From Nemertoderma westbladi (Eukaryota; Animalia; Xenacoelomorpha), in assembly GCA_032718475.1 (NCBI GenBank), contig JAUCBJ010006760.1, positions 1-64,000 on the forward strand: DNA of 64,000 nt, read 5' to 3'. A model generated the notes under the pieces. The model was not told where the DNA came from and ran no database searches. It saw only the letters and a program-made list of their open reading frames with translations. Positions 54,775-64,000 of this stretch are shown here, piece after piece (position 1 is the first letter of the stretch; each line of letters begins with the position of its first letter). A program made the translations under genes and the position numbers.

Positions 54775-55042
54775 ATCTGTAATTTTAGTCGATTAAGATA
54801 TCGTGGCACCCACCGATATACTTGAAAGACAAATTCTAGAATCAGTGGTTAACGTCCCCAGACAAGTTCTGGAATAAATCGGTGCCTATCTTAAATATTA
54901 ATTTAATATTTATTAAAATCTGTAAAATACAGATCCTTTAAAATTTCTAGTCAATTAAGATATCGCAACACTTACCGATACTCTTAAAAGACAATTTTAT
55001 AGAATTAAGGATCCTAGGTCCCCAGACATGCTCTGGAATAAA
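54775..55042. repeat. Imperfect ~110-bp direct repeat between pol and the extra ORF
   Basis: TAGTC(G/A)ATTAAGATATCG..ACCGATA..AAAGACAA..GTCCC(C)AGACA..TCTGGAATAAA at ~54786-54878 and ~54948-55042. Confidence 0.7.
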
Positions 55043-55860
55043 ATTGTGTCAATTTTACCATCAAATAATAAAATTCACGGGAATAAATTTAAATTCATAC
55101 CTTAAATGAATTTCATAAATTGTCATTTTGTGCAATTTATAACATTCCCAAAATTCCATTAATTAATAGATCATGGGAGCGGAGATTCATCCTATTGAGC
55201 GTATTAGAGTGCGAGAATCTCCAACATATAGTCAATAGCCGATAAAATTAATAAAATCATGCATAAAGAGGATATTGACAATTAAAGAATTACTATTAAA
55301 TAGCATTCCAGATCTGTATGCATGAGAATTACCCTAATTCTACCGCTAGCTTTCCATAATGTCACCATAGCAACACCCACGCTAGAATTAGAAGCAAGTT
55401 AAAAGAACAATAGAAAGCTTGTCCCATTGCATAGCATAGAGAGTACATAGCACACTGTTAGTATCCAAGGATACACAGTAATAACGTGACATTCTGGAAG
55501 GCACTGACTAACGGACAAATGGCCTGTATGTGTACAATTGGAGACAGTTGTGTGGAATTTGTGCGTTTATAGGTGAATGTTACTGCTAAAGTATGTTTAC
55601 AGTAGCTAGTCGCAATTGTAAAAGTAGCCCAACTCTCCTATAGAAAGAACCTAAAGTGGATCCAAGCCTTTGGGACGGACAGTGGAGTGACTTGTGCCGA
55701 TTATCGTTGTCGTGCTGTTGCTACATGTTGGCGTAAACACCGCGACGACGGTACATCAGCGCTGAGAATCCCACTGTCCGGGGGCAACGAGAGGTAGGCA
55801 GCGACGCCCGCTAGCCTAAACATAAACTCATTTCGATATTAATAAACTCAGATAGCAGAT

Positions 55861-57454
55861 ATGACGGAGTTGATAGAAGATGATCTTGGTATCAGGGAGC
55901 GATATACTCTACCTTTACAAGCGTTTGTGGATAGCTTGATACGCGGTGAAGCCGATCCAACCATTACGGAGGACGATGGTCGTTATATCGAACCGCCGAT
56001 GTCCCGAGAGCAACTTACGCGTGAATTGGACTATCGAAAATTCACCGCTCGCTATACGCATCGTAATGGTACGTATATGGACTTCCTAACTACCGGCCAT
56101 CCTATCGATTTACATGATACGGACGATGTAGACACCGAAAGGGAAATGGTTCTATTTAAATATCATACCCAGCGGAGTCGTAACGATAAACCGAGAATAG
56201 AACACGAAAATTCTATTCGTAACAGACTGGAAAGAGAAAACGTTGAAGAACCGGATAAACGCATCGACTTCAACGACTACCTGGAATTTTTGAGAGAAAC
56301 CTATCTCAACATCTCCAGTCAGCAGAACCTCGAAACTCTATATCCTCAAGGTATACATCATGACCCCATGGTAGAACTCAAACGGCTCTATTTCACTATG
56401 ATGTATCTTACCGCCGATCGTCCACTACCTGTTATCCCGGATAGTTTTGAACAAATGGAAGAATATTGCAAAACTGGAGAACGATCACCCGCGTTTCCTC
56501 TACAGGACGTACGTCTTTGGTGTTATTGTGACGAATGCCCTAGACCCAACCAACAAACTGAAGGACACAAACGTCCGCTGTTCCTATTTCCACGAACAAC
56601 CGGCGATGGAAATTTATTGTGCATATTGCAGACTCAATAACTTGCACATTTTTGCGGTTTGCCCTCAATTTATGACTCAATGTCACCATTGTCAACTAAA
56701 GGGACACGCCAGTTTCGATTGCCCTTTTAATCACGATTTGGAAAGCGTAGATGAAATGATCACACTACGTTACATCAGAGCTTGGGAAGCGAACGCTGAT
56801 TTACATTGTGACTCGCGCCATCGCTATTATCCTGGACGCGCTTACGAAGGAGTTTATGCGTTCCATCCTTATCTATTCGCTTCTGTCGAACAGAAATCAC
56901 GCATATCGAGTTACGAACTACTGAAGCGCGTCGGAGAATGTATTTCAACCAAGTTCGTAGGCAAATTTCTCAGGAGTGTTAATCCTAGCGACCTTCATTC
57001 ATATAACCTAATCAATTTTATCCATCAGGATCCGGACTATGGAGACTTATTTGTTAACTCATACCCCGAGTTACAGGAAGTATATCGACGGCCTTACGAA
57101 TACCGAGCCCGCGAACGCGAGTTGGAAAGAACGATTAAACCCAGGAAGTTTCTGACTGCCTATGGTCCACCCACGGCTCTCGTTCAGACCACTCGTAAAG
57201 GACCCGTAAGAGCGGCCGTCCTAAAACGCGCTCTCAAGGCCGTTAGACCCCTCTCCCCCGACGTTGATGTCAATCAACCCGGCACTTCGACTGGCGGATA
57301 TACCGACCATAATCCTACACCCTCTGATGCAATCATATTGCACCCTTCACCCAGGAGTTATAGCCCTCCTTGTAAAGTGGCTCGCCCCAAAGAGAAAAGG
57401 ACTCTGGCTAGCTTTAAAAAACTGCGTAAACGCCGTCCGCGCAAGAAAGACTAA
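55861..57454 (+). CDS. Extra ORF of the Bel/Pao element (two overlapping frames, probably one ~530-aa protein): acidic helical N-terminus, up to three CCHC knuckles, basic C-terminal tail
   Basis: 55861-56640 ends ..CDECPRPNQQTEGHK. 56447-57454 continues RCSYF..CAYCRLNNLHIFAVC..CHHCQLKGHASFDC..KKLRKRRPRKKD. No signal peptide or TM helix seen. Confidence 0.75.
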
Positions 57455-57523
57455 CTGTTTAGAGTATTTACGTATATTAGAAACTGTGATTTTGTATATT
57501 TATAGACTTGAATCCCATTTTCT

Positions 57524-57531
57524 GGGAGCGG
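57524..57531 (+). other. Polypurine tract
   Basis: GGGAGCGG directly before the TG of the 3' LTR. Confidence 0.65.
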
Positions 57532-58758
57532 TGTAAAAGCTTTTGCGGATATAATCAGTCCCCTTGCCCGCAAAGTACCGTTGTAGGTGTTTTAACGGAC
57601 ATAAAAGTCATTCTTCTACATGTGTACTTTGGCGGACATGGCAAGGCACAAAACCCGCAATGCGTCAAATCCTCTAGCACAGTGTAGCCTTGATGATTCA
57701 GATTACGACATCTAACAGCTGGTTGCTGGCATGGAAACGGCCGTTGGACACATGGTTCTTTGTTCAGCTTAACAGCCAATCAGGGCGATTTTTACTGTCG
57801 ACGTGGAGATATTCTACAGATCGTGCTAGGAGTGTTCTGACTTACTGTTTTTTTAGTGTTATTGTTGTGTTGTTTCTATCTAGGCCAAGAACACCGGCTC
57901 TAGAGTCAATTCGTTTCAGACTTTAGAAGAAACATTAGTAGGCTTAGATTATAGAACGTATAACTGTTATCAACCCATCAACACAACTCGGCTCAGTCTT
58001 ATCAGCGCAGTAGCGCAGCGGTACAATCTTATATTGTTATAATCTTAACCTACCGTCTTAATGCTTTTTACTGTTGTTATTATTTGTATCAGTTGGTCGA
58101 ATATTATTACTTGGAGAACATCGATAAACAACCCAAATTTCCCAATTTTCTTGATACACTACAGGTTAGAGAGACAGGTTACATATAGCGATTGCGACTT
58201 ATATTATCGTGGTTTGTAGTGAATTTAATGCTATTTGATAAGCACTACATGAGTCAATTACTGTTCTCTTTATGTATGATAAAATTCATTGACGGTCGGC
58301 AGATTAGTGTGCAGTATAGTGCGGTACCGGTAGTGTGCATGATTGTGGCTGATAACTAAGCATTTCCTAAAGAATGCGCCTCATACGTGAATCATAAGCC
58401 TTACCGTCTTACAATTGTGTTTGGTATAAGTCATATATATCTCTGTTTACCTAGATAGAGCGCCACGTCCTAAAGGAACTGTTAATATTTCCAGAAAGTG
58501 AATAATATTCGTCAGAAATTAATTATTAACGATCAATCGAATAATACAGTAAGCTTACACTGCAATATAAATCTAAGCCCTCCGAATCCAGTCTCCCGGG
58601 TATATCCAGCGGGTGAATGGACGCGCACTAGGCTGGCTTCGGCTAATGTTGTGTTTATTGGTATTAAATACTTGTCATATGCTAAAGTCTATTTATAAAC
58701 CAAAAGACATATAAATTTTGGTAGGTTAAACTGCTAAAGGTCTTCAAAAGCGCGTACA
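57532..58758 (+). repeat. 3' LTR (1227 bp)
   Basis: Near-identical copy of 42715-43940, followed by TATTT. Confidence 0.97.
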
Positions 58759-59344
58759 TATTTAAATCCGTGTAATCTAATAGGTACGAATTCAAACCGA
58801 ATCTAACTCATTTATTTTATTTCGTATGTAACTTCGTGTAATCTTTATATCGATGATTGTGTATTTGTGATACTTTGCCATGCCAATCAATACCACACAG
58901 ACCATACTACAATCCCCCACAGCTCTAAACTAAATGTTATATTACTCCGACCACTCCCCTCGCCCCTCGAACACATTCCTACTCCATTCTACACACGCCT
59001 AAAAACTACACATTTACCACTACCGACAGACAATTACCACACCGACCATACCGATAACTTCCTCGCCTTAAGGGGACCCCCATGAAAACGAGACCATGTC
59101 TCTTGGGGCTATCCCCGACATCATCTAAGACTCACACTTACCATGCAAAACTTATCCATTACTCAACCACCTCTTACACAGGAAACGCTGACCATAAATT
59201 GCCAACGAAATGCACTCTGACAACACACTTACATTATAGCTTAACAAACTGTCTCAATTTATTTGATGCATTAACTATAACAACTGTATAATGGACTATC
59301 TTGTTATCTTGTTCTTTCCGGTAATGTTTGAGTATGCAGATTTA

Positions 59345-59632
59345 CTTTACTTATTTGATGTCAATCCAGCTGATATTTAGGTCTGCCCTTAGTAGTCTTG
59401 TGTAGCAACCATCAATTCGTTGTTCAAGTGATATAGTCAGTGTCCAGGTCTCATCCCCGTATAAAAATACACTTTCCACTGTGGCTCGAAAGAACTTTGT
59501 CTTCAAGTGCCTGGAGAGATCTGATTTCCAGATGGTATCCATTTTTGATAGAGCTACCCAAGCCTTTGCTTTCCTAACTTCTATGTCCTTTTTGCTACTC
59601 TCTATCCATGATCCAAGGTACTGGAAGTCGAT
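59345..59632 (-). mobile_element. RTE-clade LINE fragment (post-RT region)
   Basis: DFQYLGSWIESSKKDIEVRKAKAWVALSKMDTIWKSDLSRHLKTKFFRATVESVFLYGDETWTL..RIDGCYTRLLR, typical of RTE ORF. Confidence 0.85.
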
Positions 59633-61229
59633 TGGTTCGATTGGTTTCGCAGTACATGTGCGAACTTACCAAACCATACGGTTTGGTAAGTGCTAATGGA
59701 AACATTTTGTGGTTCGGCTAAAAATCTATTAACATGTTAGAAACGTTTGGAAATGCATTATCTAATGATAATATTAAGATTGACTACTGTGGCTTGGCTA
59801 TGAATAAACATGAATATATTATCATGTACAGTAATATACTGTATAACACGAATGAGGACTTGGTGAAGCAAAAACTGCAAGTCGTCTCAGCGAACCTACT
59901 GTAACATTGCCCGTAGGCCTACTACTACACTCTACTGTAGGCCTATTTCATTATCCTTCTGTATGACTACAGTAGTTGATACATATTATAGAAGGCAGTG
60001 AGTGGCCATCGTAGCACGCGTGATAGGATACATAGGATATGGCACGGGGCGCAACCTGCAAAGTAAGATATATGGTAGAACCCCACACCCCCGATGTTGA
60101 AGTCATTGTTGTCACCTTAGGAAAAGTTTAAATGCTAAATAAGTCCCCCAATCTCTGATGAAATGGAACCCAACATTTGTACACATGTACGTACACGTAC
60201 AGTATGCTGTGGTCTTCCAAAAGTTTAAGATTTCAACACACATACACTGTCATAATGTAGTTGCTTTGCCACTTGTCGGCCGCAAGGGGTAAATACCATG
60301 TCCACTAATTTTACTGCTACGCAGGCAGAGGCACGTAGACGTGCTGCGCGAAGCACCATCCTACTTTGGTCGTTCGTACGACCTAAGTCGTATGCACGAG
60401 TTTTTTAATCAGCATAGAATTGCGAAGCATACTGTAGAAGGCCTACGATATTCGTCCCAAATGAAATTAAAAAACGAATATAAACAATAATTAATTTAAA
60501 TGTAATCTTAATCCACACCTGTAGCATCATTGTACCCAGCTACAGGTACATTAATTACGACAAGTACAGTACAATTATTACAGTATGTTAATTCAGTAGC
60601 ACATTCAGTGAAATTTACAAAATTGTGGAACCTACACCTAAAAATACATAAAATATATAGAGAATGTACTGTAGTTGTAAAGTTATACATCATTTTTTAT
60701 AGTGTAAACTAGAAATGATGTTGTAAATACGAAAAACGGAAAAGGGAGGGTAGGTTTCAAGTAATAATAATAATATATTTATAAGGCGTTTTATTAATAA
60801 TTTATTTATATATAATATTTATATAATCTTTTAATGGCAATAAAACAAGGTGCGCTGCGCACACAACACAATTAATTCGGCATTAAAAAGTTAAACTCCA
60901 TTAAAAACAGACTGTATGTTGCTGCATTTGATTCGGTAATTTGCAATTTTAAAAGGGTCAAACAAATCACAATGGTCTTGCTTTCAATTTATTGATAACA
61001 CTTTAACGCTGAATCATGTATTGTAGAGATACGTACATACAGTCGGGGTCTCAAAGTGCATCTGTTCTTTGAGATTTTCTCAAAGAACTAAAAGTGTCTC
61101 AAATTTCTAAAAGTGGTCCAAGAAAATGACAAAGTGTCCTCAAAGATTTCAAAGTAGTACTGTCAGTCATTTAATACAGTCCTGCCTGAAGCTGGCTATG
61201 GTATGGCCTATGGGGTATATTGACTTTGA

Positions 61230-61827
61230 CTACTAAAGGGTAAAATATAAGTAATAAAAACCTCTATGAAACAATAAAGATTCCTCCAAAAAATACTGCA
61301 GTAATAAATATTTGTTACTGAAAGTAAGAATTAAACTTACTGCAGTAATAAATATTTGTTACTGAAAGTAAGAATTAAACTTACTGCAGTAATAAAAAAT
61401 TGTCTTTTTCTGCGGTAACAAATAATTTGTTACTGCAGTAGAAATTTTTATTCAATTATTTATTAATATTGATTACTGCAGTATTAATTTCTATTCAATT
61501 ATTTATTAATTTATTAATATTGATTATTGCAGTAATAAATATTTGTTACTGCAGTAATAAATATTTGTTACTGCAGTAATAAATATTTATTACTGCAGTA
61601 ATAAATATTTATTACTGCAGTAATAAATATTTGTTACTGCAGTAATTGTTATATGTTACTGCAGTAATTGTTATATGTTACTGCAGTAATTGTTATATGT
61701 TACTGCAGTAATTGTTATATGTTACTGCAGTAACTAATATTTAATACAGCAGTATTTTTTGTAGGAATTTTTATTGTTTCATAGAGGATTTTATTAATTT
61801 ATATTTGGGCTCTTTAGAGACGCCGTA
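61230..61827. mobile_element. TIR element with an internal 22-bp palindromic minisatellite
   Basis: CCTCTATGAAACAATAAA.ATTCCT.CAAAAAATACTGC is inverted against GCAGTATTTTTTGTAGGAATTTTTATTGTTTCATAGAGG. Interior is TTACTGCAGTAATAAATATTTG and TTACTGCAGTAATTGTTATATG arrays. Confidence 0.8.
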
Positions 61828-63068
61828 ATTGCGGGCTATCGGAATGTGTTGGTATTTGTGTCATAGACAGTTTGTCTGTTGCCCTATCTATATTTATGTA
61901 TAGTGCTAAAACTGTACTGTTTAAATTTGTTTAGCCCACGTGAACGCCGAATACCTTTACCAATGCATTTCAATGGTCAACCAGCCATACTTTGCCGCAC
62001 TGTAAATTGTGTTATACAAAGTAAAGAATAACGATAGAGGCAGGAATAAAGATAAATGATTCAAGCGCACTAATTGGCTGTTCCCATAGATATTTTAGGC
62101 ATTGTTGGTGCGCAATGCATATGGTCAGAGCGACCGCCCAGTCTGCCAAAATCTATTATGTAATCAAATGGTACCACAAGCCAAGCAAAGCATGTGACAG
62201 TTATTTCCGACTCTGCACCTGTTTGTTTGAAGGTCGCCGACCGTGGGTCGCTACTCGCTAGCTGTGATTGATAGCTTAAACTGGGTGCCGCTTTGCCAGA
62301 AGGCGGTACACATCAACTGAATATGAGGCAAACATTTAAAATATGCTCAAATATAAACGCCAGCGGCAGGGGATATTTCAATATCTCTATTAAGCTAAAA
62401 CAACACAAGATTGTAGCCGTTCTATCTTACTTGAAAGTCGAAAGCCTTTCTTAGTTTTTAAGAAGGAATTCTCGCGCTCTCGTCAACATAGTTATCATAT
62501 TAATTAAACAGTAAAGGTAGTACGGTTTGACCTCAGGTGACTAATGAAATGAATAACAAATGTTATTACAAGCTATCTCCCAACAGGGCTTCTTTAGGTT
62601 ATTATAATGAAACTGCGTATACACAGAGAAACTACAGAGAAGTTTATCTTATATTAACTGTTAATCTGATATTGTATTATGTTATTAAAATAATCAATCT
62701 TGTCAAGCATTAATCTTGTTTCACAAATTATGTTTCATGTATTATTTGAATGAATGTTTTTTAGAAAGACTTTAGGGTGCCGTAAATTCAATTTGTACTT
62801 GCGACCGAAAACCCATCCTGTAATGACCTCAGGAACTTCAATTTGATAAATTAATGGGAATATAGCTTCTATGCAACAACTGGCCAACACACAAGTATCA
62901 CTTTGTTGCCCGCATAATATTGTTCCCCGAGAATGCCTCTGCCTCTCAGTTAACTTACCACGAGCTGTCAATCAGGAATACCTCGGAGTTTATTTTCTCA
63001 AAGAATTAAAAGTGCCGCAAACTACCTCAAAGTGACATAAAAGCCTAAAAGCAGGAAATCACTAAAAA

Positions 63069-63445
63069 CGACCAAAAAGTACTTTTTGGTCGACCAATGA
63101 GTCGACTTTTTGGTCGACCATTAAGTAGTTTTTGGTCGACCAAAAAGTACTTTTTGGTCGACCAATAAGTCGACTTTTTGGTCGACCAATAAGTCGACTT
63201 TTTGGTCGACCAATAAGTACTTTTTGGTCGACCAAAAAGTAGTTTTTGGTCGACCAATAAGTCGACTTTTTGGTCGACCAATAAGTAGTTTTTGGTCGAC
63301 CAATAAGTCGACTTTTTGGTCGACCAATAAGTACTTTTTGGTCGACCAAAAAGTACTTTTTGGTCGACCAAAAAGTCGACTTATTGGTCGACCAAAAAGT
63401 ACTTATTGGTCGACCAAAAAGTACTTTTTGGTCGACCAAAAAGTC
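63069..63445. repeat. 22-24-bp palindrome-rich minisatellite
   Basis: Units GTCGACCAATAAGTCGACTTTTTG and GTCGACCAAAAAGTACTTTTTG. Source of the MVDQK ORFs. Confidence 0.95.
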
Positions 63446-63546
63446 CCTTAAAAAAATAAATAAAAAAAAGTATTAAGTGGCACAATTCAGCCACCGTAAC
63501 AAACAAATAATTAATGCAAATTAACACTAATCCGTAGACTGTACCA

Positions 63547-63606
63547 TACCGTACCGACCGTACCGTACAGACCGCACCGTACAGACCGTACCGTACAGAC
63601 CGTGCC
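63547..63606. repeat. (ACCGT)n-like microsatellite
   Basis: TACCGTACCGACCGTACCGTACAGACCGCACCGTACAGACCGTACCGTACAGACCG. Confidence 0.8.
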
Positions 63607-64000
63607 GGTAATAATTCAGGTCTTTATAATTTACAATCCTCAGCGGAAATGCCACCTACTAAATTCATAGTCAAGTAACAAGACAGAGATGCATTGGACC
63701 AAAGGCATTATATAGTTCCCACTACTGAAGCCTGTTAAAGTCATCTAATTGGTTGGAAGGGAAACCAATAGGAACAACGCTAGTTCTAATTATTCTACAG
63801 TAGTAAGCTACCAATCTACCGGTGAAGTGGTTAAGCGAAAGCTGATAAATACTGCATATAATCAAATTGTTTGGTCAAATAAAAAGTGCAACCAATCATC
63901 GTAGACAATTTAGTCTCCCCCTTCCCTTGTCAAGGCTATAGGGGCTGTTGCGCTGTCAGTCAGAGAGGTAACAGCCCATGGGGTAAGGATTTACCCATGG

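Larger units (their letters stand above)
42715..58758 (+). mobile_element. Full-length Bel/Pao LTR retrotransposon, 16,044 bp, 5-bp TSD TATTT
   Basis: TG...CA LTRs at both ends. TATTT at 42710-42714 and 58759-58763. Domain order gag-PR-RT-RH-IN with Bel/Pao signatures. Confidence 0.97.

Noticed and set aside
55322-55800. Possible decayed env upstream of the extra ORF (short hydrophobic and Cys-containing peptides)
   Set aside because: Only short fragments in different frames with many stops; not distinguishable from noise without a family consensus.
59070-59117. Stem-loop-like GGGGACCCCCATGAAAACGAGACCATGTCTCTTGGGGCTATCCCC, resembling a LINE/SINE 3' end
   Set aside because: Single copy in the window with no attached coding remnant, so it cannot be assigned.
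63045-63451. MVDQK/WSTKK repetitive ORFs
   Set aside because: Translations of a palindromic minisatellite.

Overview
Eukaryotic (metazoan-looking, AT-rich) genomic DNA, not prokaryotic. It has two convergent host genes with almost no introns. DRG1 is intronless (14450-15556, +). SMG1 (- strand) is one 10,260-bp coding exon plus a 141-bp terminal FATC exon that the ORF track misses. The rest is mostly repeats: an ~11-kb 21-bp minisatellite with higher-order structure, CR1-like, RTE-X-like and RTE LINE remnants, several inverted-repeat (MITE-like) elements including one carrying a divergent pair of tRNA-Gly-like units, and a 16,044-bp Bel/Pao LTR retrotransposon (near-identical 1.2-kb LTRs, TATTT target-site duplication). 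The Bel/Pao element is the best candidate for something undescribed. It has no canonical tRNA primer-binding site; the 11 nt at that position are exactly complementary to an 11-mer inside its own LTR, as in self-priming elements. It also carries an extra non-envelope ORF with up to three zinc knuckles between pol and the 3' LTR. All calls are by eye; no searches were run.
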